Source: Candidatus Gottesmanbacteria bacterium (GTDB lineage: Bacteria; Patescibacteriota; Microgenomatia; UBA10105; UBA927). Taken from it: a stretch of 64,000 nt of DNA. The notes beneath the pieces were generated by a model, which was not told the origin of the DNA, did no database searches, and saw nothing but the letters and a program-made list of their open reading frames with translations. The translations under genes were made by a program, and so were the position numbers. The stretch spans positions 6,852 through 70,851 of the forward strand of contig CAWEKC010000001.1 of NCBI GenBank assembly GCA_963809665.1, written 5' to 3'. Below are positions 40,726 through 49,819 of the stretch, piece after piece (the first letter of the stretch is position 1; every line of letters begins with the position of its first letter).

Positions 40726-41470
40726 ATAATCCCTGCCATGCGTTTATCCGGATTTTAAGAATATCCATAAGCCCCTGTACGGAATCAATAACGGGATTCA
40801 CGCGGCGGGTCTCGACATAATGCCATTCCACCGGCACTTCTTTTATCTTATACCCGAGCTTTCTGGCCAAAAACAAAACCTCAATATCAAATCCCGCCGT
40901 CACCATGGATCCGCTCACCGTATGCCGTGATCCATACAATTTAAGACGCTGAAAAATATCATGGGCTACAGACGAACGGAACGCCTTAAAACCGCACTGC
41001 GTATCCACGATACCGTGAAGTCCCAAAATGCTGCCCCGCAGCACCATAAATCCCCGTGCCATAATCCGCCGTGTAAGCGGGGCGCCCTGTCTACGGCCGC
41101 TGCGCGACCCGATCACCACATCATACCCTTTCTCAAACCACGGAAGGATATTTTTTATCTCAGTAATCGGAGTAGCCTGATCAAGATCGGTAAACAATAC
41201 GATCGCACCCCGGCTCCCGAGCATGCCGGTAATGACCGTGGATGCTTTTCCCTGATGCGGATTGTGTATGACGGAAAACCCCGGGTTCGCTTTTACAAAG
41301 GCATCCAGTAACACGCCGGTCCCGTCAGTCGAACCGTCATCCACAATAATTGCTTCCCATGTATACGTCGCCCGCTCCAGGAATCGCGATACTTTATCAA
41401 GAGCCCCCAAGCGGATATTGGTTTCTTCATTATACGCAGGAATGATCACGGATAAATCAACTTTATTCAT
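40718..41470 (-). CDS. DPM1/CsbB/GtrB-like GT2 polyprenyl-phosphate sugar synthase
   Basis: 250 aa with ..LSVIIPAYNEETNI..VDDGSTDGT..DLDQATP..QCGFKAF.. Confidence 0.7.
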   Translation of the reverse strand: MNKVDLSVIIPAYNEETNIRLGALDKVSRFLERATYTWEAIIVDDGSTDGTGVLLDAFVKANPGFSVIHNPHQGKASTVITGMLGSRGAIVLFTDLDQATPITEIKNILPWFEKGYDVVIGSRSGRRQGAPLTRRIMARGFMVLRGSILGLHGIVDTQCGFKAFRSSVAHDIFQRLKLYGSRHTVSGSMVTAGFDIEVLFLARKLGYKIKEVPVEWHYVETRRVNPVIDSVQGLMDILKIRINAWQGLYG

Positions 41471-41472
41471 TG

Positions 41473-43008
41473 TTACACACCGGTATAATGGACCAGCTTA
41501 AATATTTTAACAAACGGTACGTCCCATTCTCCGACAATCTCTGCTCTGCCAAACCCTGCTATTTCCCATAGAGGATGCCCGAGCGGCTTGCAGTCGGATA
41601 ATTCGCAAATGACAATGAGCTGATCCGTCACCGTGGTTCGTTTGGGATCCACCTGATCATTCTCTATCGTAACCGGGGCGCGGTGCGCAATCTCAAAAAA
41701 ATACCGGTAGGTGTGGTCGGAATTTGATCCGGTGATAAGGGCGAAATTAAATGGTTTACCGCCGGTATGCGCCAGCGCCGTCTGGGCAATCAGTCTCGAC
41801 TGAGCCAACTGATTATTCGGGGGATATAAAAACGGCCTGCCCTGCCAGTTAAAAAACATGAGCCATCCAAAAAAAATAAGCGCAGGTATCTTGCCGTACT
41901 TTGTCTTCCATACTGCATAGACGACAAGACCGATAAGCAGGAACGGCAGCGTAAACAGTATGCCGAAATAGTAATCATAAATTGCTTTTTGATAAAAACC
42001 AAACAGAAGGACGACTGTAGAAAACCAGATAAGCAATAATTGAGCACCGTGGTATAGCCGGGCTTTATTCGGTATCCGGTAGATTAACAGTACGATAAGA
42101 AATACATAGCTGATAAATATCGTTGTCCGCGTACCGATAAACCATGCTGTGAGCGACCAGGGCGGTAAAGATTTCCACAATGCACCGTCCGGAAGACGGT
42201 ATAAAAGTCGTCCGAATAACCGGAACACTACATCGTCAATCGTGGTAAAGAATCCCGGTGCGAAACCCGTATCATTACCGGAGGTGACAAACCGGATGAC
42301 GGATTGGGTGTTGGGGAACCCGTGACGCACCTCGAATGCCAAAAACGGCGAATATCCAATGAGAAAACCGACAACAACCCACAGTACGCTTTTGAGAAAC
42401 GGAACTGTTTTCGCGCTCACAATCAACCAGATACCCGTCACGGCAAAAAGAAAAATAAAAAGATAGTGTAGCTGCAATCCGATCCCCAGAACCACGCCTG
42501 CCCAAACAAGCATCGAGGTCCGTTTCTTTTCAACGGCGAGCCATAGTAAATGTATAAGTAGCAGTGAGAAAAACGGCACCAGATTCGGATTCCATGACGA
42601 ACGGGAATACGCGATGACGAGCGGCGAAAGCGCATACAGGCTAGCCGCAATAAGTCCTGCCGTCGGGCTGATGAATTCTTTCCCGACTTTAAACACAAGA
42701 TACACGGTTGCGATTCCGAAAAGAGCCACCATAATAGCCGGACCGACGGGATTGAGATTCCATGCCCACAAAAACGGAAGCATAAAATAATAATAAATGG
42801 GACCCAGGAAAAACCCCCCGACAGAGGCTGTGGGCCCTAGGAGCGTGAATTTATGGTTCACGATCATGTGCATGACGACGAGAACATCACGCCCTTCATC
42901 GCCCAAAAATGTCATATAACCGGAAATCTTAAACAACCGGAGGTACGCGGCGAAACCAAGAATGATAATGAGTGGGATAATAAACCAATTTTTTTTCAAG
43001 AAATTCAT
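41473..43008 (-). CDS. ArnT-like GT-C membrane glycosyltransferase
   Basis: 511 aa. Paralog of 4496-6055 (see the motif there). Confidence 0.65.
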   Translation of the reverse strand: MNFLKKNWFIIPLIIILGFAAYLRLFKISGYMTFLGDEGRDVLVVMHMIVNHKFTLLGPTASVGGFFLGPIYYYFMLPFLWAWNLNPVGPAIMVALFGIATVYLVFKVGKEFISPTAGLIAASLYALSPLVIAYSRSSWNPNLVPFFSLLLIHLLWLAVEKKRTSMLVWAGVVLGIGLQLHYLFIFLFAVTGIWLIVSAKTVPFLKSVLWVVVGFLIGYSPFLAFEVRHGFPNTQSVIRFVTSGNDTGFAPGFFTTIDDVVFRLFGRLLYRLPDGALWKSLPPWSLTAWFIGTRTTIFISYVFLIVLLIYRIPNKARLYHGAQLLLIWFSTVVLLFGFYQKAIYDYYFGILFTLPFLLIGLVVYAVWKTKYGKIPALIFFGWLMFFNWQGRPFLYPPNNQLAQSRLIAQTALAHTGGKPFNFALITGSNSDHTYRYFFEIAHRAPVTIENDQVDPKRTTVTDQLIVICELSDCKPLGHPLWEIAGFGRAEIVGEWDVPFVKIFKLVHYTGV

Positions 43009-43015
43009 TTTATTT

Positions 43016-44155
43016 TCAGCCCGAGGCTGATCCGCCTTTGGCGGACTTCCATATTACTTTTGAATAGATAACGTAATTCCAGATAAGAAGAAATCCCGTG
43101 CCCAAAAGGAAAAATTCAAAGTACCACCGGTCGCCTAGGAGTCGGACTCCCAGCCAAATACATCCGGTTTGTATGACAACGACGCCGAATGCACTCGTTG
43201 CGTAAAACTGCGCCAGCTTACCGACATATTGTCCGATACCTTCTATTTTATGATGCCGGAACGTCCACATATTATTCAAATTAAAGTTAGAAAATATGGC
43301 AACGGCCGCCCCGGCGAGATTTGCCCATGTCGCCGACCAATTCAGGTTGTGTAGTACCACTAAAATAACTGCATTAATAATAAATCCTATACCCCCCACG
43401 ACAAGAAACTTACCGAACGGACCGGTAACTATCTCCCGGAATTTTGTTACGGCGATAAATTGGAAAATATTCAAAATATACTCAGCGGGGGCGATCTTAG
43501 AATGTCCGAACCGCCTGTCGGTAAATTGTATCGGGACTTCGGTAATCTTCGCCCCGTCATGGATGGCACTGTGAAGAAACGCGATCTGAAACACGTATCC
43601 GCCGTACCCTTTCACCTTTTCTTTGTTATCCAGATAATACTTTTTTGAATAAGCACGGTACCCTCCGGTCCAATCGTGAACCCCTGTGTGCCAAAGTCCG
43701 AACCGTACGATACTATTGCCTATGACACTGTATATTTTCCGTATTAATCCCCAATTACCCGGTATTGAACCGCCACGGATATATCTGCTGCCGACGACAA
43801 AATCAGCCCCGTTGTCTATTGCATGCAAAAACTCCGGCGCGGTATCCGGATCATGGGACAAATCAGCATCCATCTGCAATAAAATTTCCGCATGTAACTG
43901 ATTAATTGCATACGTCATGCCCCGCAGGAGCGCTTTCCCTAAGCCCTCTTTTTTACCCGAAATAAGGTGCACGTTCCCGTGTGTTTGTTGGTATTTTTTT
44001 ACTAAGTCTCCCGTCCCGTCGGGTGATGTATCATCCACGACCAGGTAGGAAATTGTGTGCCGGTTGACCGCTTTCATTACCGTTTCAAGGCGGTCAAGAA
44101 GCACAATAATATTTTCTCGTTCGTTATACGTGGGAATAATAACGACAACCTTCAT
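43016..44155 (-). CDS. DPM1-like GT2 polyprenyl-phosphate sugar synthase fused to a C-terminal GtrA-like four-helix membrane domain
   Basis: 379 aa. N-terminal ..VVIIPTYNEREN..VDDTSPDGT..QMDADLSHDP..GGYRAY.. C-terminal ~120 aa with four hydrophobic helices (..FLVVGGIGFIINAVILVVL..YFATSAFGVVVIQTGCIWLGV..), the GtrA/GtcA flippase-type module. Confidence 0.65.
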   Translation of the reverse strand: MKVVVIIPTYNERENIIVLLDRLETVMKAVNRHTISYLVVDDTSPDGTGDLVKKYQQTHGNVHLISGKKEGLGKALLRGMTYAINQLHAEILLQMDADLSHDPDTAPEFLHAIDNGADFVVGSRYIRGGSIPGNWGLIRKIYSVIGNSIVRFGLWHTGVHDWTGGYRAYSKKYYLDNKEKVKGYGGYVFQIAFLHSAIHDGAKITEVPIQFTDRRFGHSKIAPAEYILNIFQFIAVTKFREIVTGPFGKFLVVGGIGFIINAVILVVLHNLNWSATWANLAGAAVAIFSNFNLNNMWTFRHHKIEGIGQYVGKLAQFYATSAFGVVVIQTGCIWLGVRLLGDRWYFEFFLLGTGFLLIWNYVIYSKVIWKSAKGGSASG

Positions 44156-44164
44156 AAGGTAGAC

Positions 44165-45125
44165 TCAAACCCGTTCGCGCCAATAGTTGAGAAGGTCCTC
44201 CATCGTTTTTTTGAATGGGATTTCCGGCTTCCAGCCGGTTTTTGCCACAAACTTGCTGTTATCACCTAAGAGCACTGGTACATCTGAAGGACGCATGCGG
44301 GCTTGATCCGGCTCAATCTTTCACTTTAGTTTTCGAAAATGACAGGAGAATATTCAGCATATCACCGATTTTTATCGTCGTGCCGCTGCAAATATTGTAT
44401 ACATCGCCGGGATCACATTTTTCCACTGCAACCAAATACCCTTTTACCATGTCCCGGACGTCCGTATAATCGCGGCTGGCATCCAAATTTCCCACATGTA
44501 TGACCGGATCCTGTTTCCCTTTTTCGATCAGGGCGATTTGCTTGGCAAAATTTGATTCGGCAAACGTATCGCCACGTCTCGGCCCCGTGTGGTTAAACCC
44601 GCGGGTCCGGATGATACGGATCTTATATGACTGAAAATACTGGTATCCCAAATAATCCATTGCAAGCTTTGATACCGCATAGGGTGAAAGCGGACGCAAA
44701 GGATTTGTCTCCTTGATAGGCAATTCATCGGGATGGACCAGCCCATATTCCTCACTGGAGCAGGCTATCTGGATAACCGGATCGATGCCGACCTGACGGA
44801 CTGCTTCAAAAAGGTTAGCTGATCCCACGATATTCGCCTCAAGCGTAACGGACGGCGATACCCATGAGGTCGGAACAAATGACTGCGCGGCAAGATGAAA
44901 AATATAATCCGGTTTAATGCGTGAAATTGTCGAATACAGGCTATGGGTATCCAGAATATCCGCGTCCTCCAGATGAAGCTTGTTGACAATGGAATCGATA
45001 TAATCTGTCTTACTGCGCGACCGTTTGAGTCCGTATACTTCGTATCCGCCGCCGAGAAGCAAATCCGCTAAATGGCTTCCGACAAACCCCGCAATACCCG
45101 TAATAAATACTTTTTTTGCTTCCAT
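44165..45125 (-). pseudogene. Gmd/Rmd-like NAD-dependent GDP-deoxyhexose dehydratase/reductase with a 1-nt insertion near 44316-44325
   Basis: ORF 44313-45125 has ..GIAGFVGSHL..YGLKRSRS..NHTGPRRGDTF..GNLDASRDYTDVRD.. After its premature stop, the +1 frame reads ..KIEPDQARMRPSDVPVLLGDNSKFVAKTGWKPEIPFKKTMEDLLNYWRERV*. This matches the Rmd C-terminus (..DPARMRR..TGWKPEITIKQSL..DWESRV). Confidence 0.65.
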
Positions 45126-45143
45126 ATTCCTCCTTTAATAGTA

Positions 45144-46442
45144 TCACATTCTCCCCACGCCGTAATACATGAAACCGAGCGACTTTACTTTTGCCGGTTC
45201 ATAAATATTGCGGCCGTCAAACAATACGAGCGTCTTCATACTGCGGGCCAGTCTCACCAGGTCTACTTGCTGAAATTCATTCCATTCGGTGATAACCGCA
45301 ACTGCATCTGCCCCGTGGGCTGCGGTATATGCATCCCTCGCAAACGTAACGGATGCGGGCAACAACTTTTTCGCATTGCCGATTGCCTCGGGATCATATG
45401 CAACCACTGTTGCTCCATGACGTACGAGTTGATTGATAATGAATATGGACGGCGCTTCCCTCATATCATCCGTATTGGGCTTAAAAGCAAGCCCGAGTAC
45501 TGCAATATGTTTACCACGGAGATTATTTTTAAAATGATGAACTATTTTCTCAACAAAACTCTCGGCGGTTTTTCTGTTTATCTCATCAACTGCTTTAAGG
45601 AGTGAAAAATCATACCCATATTGCTTTGCGATCGCAATAAGCGCCTTTACATCTTTCGGAAAACAGCTTCCTCCGTATCCCACCCCGGCAAACAGAAAAC
45701 TCCTCCCTAAACGTTTATCCAAGCCCACCGCCTCCAGCACATATTCTGCGTCTGCTCCCACCTTTTCCGAAAGCATGGCAATGGCATTGGCAAAAGAAAT
45801 CTTAGTGGACAGAAGTGAATTAGACGCGTATTTAATTAATTCCGCAGTTTCCAGGTTACACAGGACGGTTTTACCGCTTATGGGTTTATGGAGTTCAAGC
45901 AGTAATTCCCGTGCCCTGTCTGATGTTGTCCCGACAACGAGACGGTCAGGGTGCAAGGTATCATCGATAGCGGATCCTTCGCGTAAGAATTCAGGAACGG
46001 ACGCTATTGCAAATGACGATCCCTGCGGTTTATATGCTGTGAGAATCTCGCCGACTTTTTTGTTCGTACCCGGAGGAACGGTGCTTTTGGTCACGACTAC
46101 TTTGTATCCTACGAGTGACTTGGCGACGCTTTCGGCGGCAGTGAAGACGCTCGACAGATCCGCCTCACCGGTAGCTTTAGGCGGAGTCCCTACACAAATA
46201 AAGATGATTTCGGCAGGGACGACTGCTTCTTTGTAATCCAATGTAAATTTCAGCCGTCCGGCATCAACGTTCCGTTTCACCAGTTCCGCAAGCCCCGGCT
46301 CAAAAAATGGCGTGATACCCTTTTTTAAATTTTCGATTTTTTCACGCGTCCGGCCGACTACCCACACAGTGTTCCCGAGATCTGCAAACACCGACGCAGT
46401 AACCAGTCCCACATATCCATGTCCGATAAATGCAATAGTCAT
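45144..46442 (-). CDS. ugd: UDP-glucose 6-dehydrogenase (nucleotide-sugar dehydrogenase family)
   Basis: 432 aa. N-terminal Rossmann IAFIGHGYVGL and catalytic ..GVGYGGSCFPKDV.. Confidence 0.8.
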   Translation of the reverse strand: MTIAFIGHGYVGLVTASVFADLGNTVWVVGRTREKIENLKKGITPFFEPGLAELVKRNVDAGRLKFTLDYKEAVVPAEIIFICVGTPPKATGEADLSSVFTAAESVAKSLVGYKVVVTKSTVPPGTNKKVGEILTAYKPQGSSFAIASVPEFLREGSAIDDTLHPDRLVVGTTSDRARELLLELHKPISGKTVLCNLETAELIKYASNSLLSTKISFANAIAMLSEKVGADAEYVLEAVGLDKRLGRSFLFAGVGYGGSCFPKDVKALIAIAKQYGYDFSLLKAVDEINRKTAESFVEKIVHHFKNNLRGKHIAVLGLAFKPNTDDMREAPSIFIINQLVRHGATVVAYDPEAIGNAKKLLPASVTFARDAYTAAHGADAVAVITEWNEFQQVDLVRLARSMKTLVLFDGRNIYEPAKVKSLGFMYYGVGRM

Positions 46443-46448
46443 AAAGAG

Positions 46449-47303
46449 TTATTGTACCACAAATTCCTGCTTTTTAACCTCCGCTATTCCTTCCCTGAAC
46501 GAATGCATCACAACACCCAATGCTTTAATCTTATCATTCCTCAGCGCGGCGTACTGCGGGGCTGGCGCGCGGTTTGCAAACATTTCGGCAAACGTCGACT
46601 TCTCAACTAATCCCGTGTTGTACTCGAATATTTCTGCAATGATAGAAGCGGCTTCATAGGGGGTGAGGGGGCTGCCGACCACATGATACATACCGCTGGC
46701 TCCTACTTTCACCAAAACGCGGAGTGCCGCTGCTATGTCGTCAATGAATGTCGGCGCAAATATCTGATCGGTGGGCGCGCTAACTATCTCACCGGCCTGC
46801 ATCCGTTCAATCATTTTATGAACAAAATCCTTTTTACCGACCGGATGGGCACGGTATGGATTCGAGATTCGGATAACTAATCCTCCTATCGCAAGTACCC
46901 GCTTTGCTCCTTCTGTCTTCGTTTTGGCATACCATCCTAAAGGATTAGGTGTATCTTCTTCCGTATACGATTTATTCTTCCCATCAAACGCATAATCGGT
47001 ATCAATATACAAAAGTCGTTTATTAAGTTTTTTACAGATATCAGCAATATGCTGGGTCGCTTCGACGTTTACTTTCCAGGCTATATCTTTCTCGGTTCTT
47101 TCTGCTCCCTGGACATCCGTGTACGCCGCCATATGAAATACCCATGGAGCGTCGGTCTTTTCAAGACGCGCCGTCACACTTTTGACGTCAGTAATATCAA
47201 CGCCGGTGTCCGGACTTAAATTCTCAAAGGTGAATTCGGGGGCCAGCATCTGCGTCACACGGGAACCAACCAATCCCGATAATCCGGTTCCCAGAATATT
47301 CAT
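46449..47303 (-). CDS. rmlD: dTDP-4-dehydrorhamnose reductase
   Basis: ORF 46449-47366, with start at the internal ATG at 47301-47303 (MNILGTGLSGLVGSRV) giving an ATGA overlap with rmlB. Conserved ..YIDTDYAFDG..PLGWYAKTK.. Confidence 0.7.
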   Translation of the reverse strand: MNILGTGLSGLVGSRVTQMLAPEFTFENLSPDTGVDITDVKSVTARLEKTDAPWVFHMAAYTDVQGAERTEKDIAWKVNVEATQHIADICKKLNKRLLYIDTDYAFDGKNKSYTEEDTPNPLGWYAKTKTEGAKRVLAIGGLVIRISNPYRAHPVGKKDFVHKMIERMQAGEIVSAPTDQIFAPTFIDDIAAALRVLVKVGASGMYHVVGSPLTPYEAASIIAEIFEYNTGLVEKSTFAEMFANRAPAPQYAALRNDKIKALGVVMHSFREGIAEVKKQEFVVQ

Positions 47304-48316
47304 GAGGATACTCCGTACTGTTTTTTGTAATATTCCTGATATGCTCCGCTTTTCACCCGCTTCCACCAGGATTCATGTGTTTTGTACCATTCGATTGTTT
47401 TTCCAAGCCATTCTTCAAACTCATGGAGGGGTTTCCACCCTAACCCGTTATTAATTTTAGACCAGTCGATGGCGTAGCGACGATCATGCCCGGGACGGTC
47501 TTTAACAAACTCAATAGAGGACTCATCCTTTCCCATTATGTGCAGAATGAGACGTACGACCTCAAGATTACTGATATCTTTCGTCGATCCACCGACGCAA
47601 TATGTTTCTCCTACTTTCCCCGTCAGGAGTACCGCTTCGATTGCGCGGCAATGGTCTTCAACATAGAGCCAATCCCGTACGTTTTTGCCGTCGCCGTAGA
47701 TTGGTACTTTTTTCCCTTCGAGGATGTTAGTAATCGCCAAAGGGATGAACTTTTCCGGAAAATGAAAGGGGCCGAAATTATTTGAACAATTTGTTATGGT
47801 GATCGGCAGACCGAATGTATGATAGTAGGCGCGTACTAAATGATCCGATCCGGCTTTACTGGCGGAGTAGGGACTTCTGGGGTCATATGGTGTTCGTTCA
47901 CTAAATTTACCCGGATCTTCAAGTGCCAGTGATCCGAATACTTCGTCCGTTGATACATGATGAAACCGTTTCACTTTCACCGTATGGGCCGCATCCAACA
48001 ATACCTGGGTACCCGTGACATTGGTTTTTACAAACGGGGCCGGGTCACGTATGGAGCGGTCCACATGGCTTTCGGCAGCGAAATGGACAACCGTGTCAAC
48101 GCCTTCCATGGCCGCATTCACGGTTGCGGGGTCACAGATGTCACCGTAAACGAATTTGTAACGGGGATTTTTCTCGACGTCCACTAAATTTTCAAGATTT
48201 CCCGCATAGGTAAGTTTATCGAGATTGATGATTGAATCGTCCGGATGATTTGCCATCCAGAAAATAATAAAGTTGGACCCGATAAAACCTGCTCCTCCAG
48301 TGACTAGCAATTTCAT
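47300..48316 (-). CDS. rmlB: dTDP-glucose 4,6-dehydratase
   Basis: 338 aa with MKLLVTGGAGFIGSNF..HVSTDEVFG..YSASKAGSDHLVRAY.. Confidence 0.85.
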   Translation of the reverse strand: MKLLVTGGAGFIGSNFIIFWMANHPDDSIINLDKLTYAGNLENLVDVEKNPRYKFVYGDICDPATVNAAMEGVDTVVHFAAESHVDRSIRDPAPFVKTNVTGTQVLLDAAHTVKVKRFHHVSTDEVFGSLALEDPGKFSERTPYDPRSPYSASKAGSDHLVRAYYHTFGLPITITNCSNNFGPFHFPEKFIPLAITNILEGKKVPIYGDGKNVRDWLYVEDHCRAIEAVLLTGKVGETYCVGGSTKDISNLEVVRLILHIMGKDESSIEFVKDRPGHDRRYAIDWSKINNGLGWKPLHEFEEWLGKTIEWYKTHESWWKRVKSGAYQEYYKKQYGVSS

Positions 48317-48340
48317 AAAAATATTAAAATTAACTTTTGT

Positions 48341-48814
48341 TTACGTTATTTTTTTATTCGTGATTGGTTTACCCTGCACCCAGTCATATCCGATATCGGG
48401 ATCGTTATACTCAACGCGCCCTTCTTCTGCTGTGTCATAAATTCGGCTGGTTGCATAGACAAAATGACACGGGCCTTCCAATACTTTCATGCCGTGCGCA
48501 ACACCCGACGGTACTTTTACGATGATATTGTCCGGCTCATTTCCCAGAATAAACTCATTCAGTTGCCTATGGGTCGGTGAATCTTTCCGGAGATCATACA
48601 GAACCATTTTGATTTTCCCTGTTGCACAAAACCACCAGTCAGTCTGCGTTTTGTGTACATGCCATGCCTTGACTACTCCCTCTGCCATAAACGTATGCGA
48701 CAATTGTCCGAATCCTTCAGAAAAAAACTCATCAGTCGAGCGGATAAGCTCTTCAAAATAGCCCCGTTCATCGGGATGGCGGACCAGTTTTTTTATCATT
48801 ACTCCGGCAATCAT
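48341..48814 (-). CDS. rmlC: dTDP-4-dehydrorhamnose 3,5-epimerase (cupin fold)
   Basis: 157 aa with ..RHPDERGYFEEL..KAWHVHKTQTDWWFCATGKIKMVLYDLR.. Confidence 0.75.
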   Translation of the reverse strand: MIAGVMIKKLVRHPDERGYFEELIRSTDEFFSEGFGQLSHTFMAEGVVKAWHVHKTQTDWWFCATGKIKMVLYDLRKDSPTHRQLNEFILGNEPDNIIVKVPSGVAHGMKVLEGPCHFVYATSRIYDTAEEGRVEYNDPDIGYDWVQGKPITNKKIT

Positions 48815-49548
48815 AATTTTCCTTCTTTAACGAACCGTGCAACTTCTGTATTGGCACGCAATAACTCATCGAACGACGTACCTGCATCGATCCACCAGTC
48901 AATAATGCCGCACATGAGTTTGCCGTCTTTAAGATAGAGGTTATTCAGATCCGTTACTTCAAGTTCACCGCGCCCCGATGGTTTTAATTTCCGTATATAG
49001 TCAAATACCTTTCCGTCATAGATATACACGCCGATCTGCGCGATATCCGATTTGGGATGCTCAGGCTTTTCCTCTATAGAGAGAACTGTACCGTCTTTAT
49101 CCATTTCGATGACGCCGTACTGGCTCGATGTGGTATCAAGGTGAACGCCGAATGTCATGGCGCCTTTTCCTGACACCTCAAACCGCCCGACGGATTTTTT
49201 AAGATCAAAATTGAAGATATTATCGCCTAAAATGACGAGAATCGGCCCGTGGTCCGCAAATTTTTCGGCCAGCGCGACCGCCTGGGCAATCCCGCCTTTC
49301 GGGTCTTTCTGCACGGCATAATATACATGAAGCCCGAATTCCTCACCGGCGTTCAGTAAATTGGCAAAATGACCCGCGTGGTCCGGCGCTGAGGTGAGTA
49401 GCACCTCTGTAATTCCCGCCCGTGCCATAGCCTCCAGCGGGTAATAAATCATCGGTTTGTTATAAATAGGCAAAAGATGTTTATTGGTGACTAAGGTCAG
49501 CGGACGTAAACGGGTTGCAAGTCCACCGGCCAGTATAACGCCTTTCAT
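48811..49548 (-). CDS. rmlA: Glucose-1-phosphate thymidylyltransferase (short form)
   Basis: ORF 48811-49608, with start at MKGVILAGGLATRLRPLT..NKHLLPIYNKPMIYYPL. Aligns along its length with RmlA. Confidence 0.8.
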   Translation of the reverse strand: MKGVILAGGLATRLRPLTLVTNKHLLPIYNKPMIYYPLEAMARAGITEVLLTSAPDHAGHFANLLNAGEEFGLHVYYAVQKDPKGGIAQAVALAEKFADHGPILVILGDNIFNFDLKKSVGRFEVSGKGAMTFGVHLDTTSSQYGVIEMDKDGTVLSIEEKPEHPKSDIAQIGVYIYDGKVFDYIRKLKPSGRGELEVTDLNNLYLKDGKLMCGIIDWWIDAGTSFDELLRANTEVARFVKEGKL

Positions 49549-49570
49549 AGAGCGTGCTCCTTTCGAAGAG

Positions 49571-49819
49571 CTAAAATCCGAGCATTGTAACCAATAATAC
49601 GATTGCAATGGCCCCTATCAAGAGATATTCTACCACAATCTTCTGATGCAGATCCCGGTTGATAACGTGATGGATAAGCCCCCACAGGACGTATACCACC
49701 GCGGTCACTATTCCGACATACAGCTGGAGAGTCGCGTTCGGTGTCACATACATAAACGCGATAACGCCTGCAGCCAGTACGGCAATTAATACGAGAAGGT
49801 GGCTGACGGATCGTTTCAT
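49571..49819 (-). CDS. Small hypothetical membrane protein (2-3 TM helices)
   Basis: 82-aa hydrophobic ORF with an ATGA overlap with the upstream CAP-domain gene. Confidence 0.4.
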   Translation of the reverse strand: MKRSVSHLLVLIAVLAAGVIAFMYVTPNATLQLYVGIVTAVVYVLWGLIHHVINRDLHQKIVVEYLLIGAIAIVLLVTMLGF

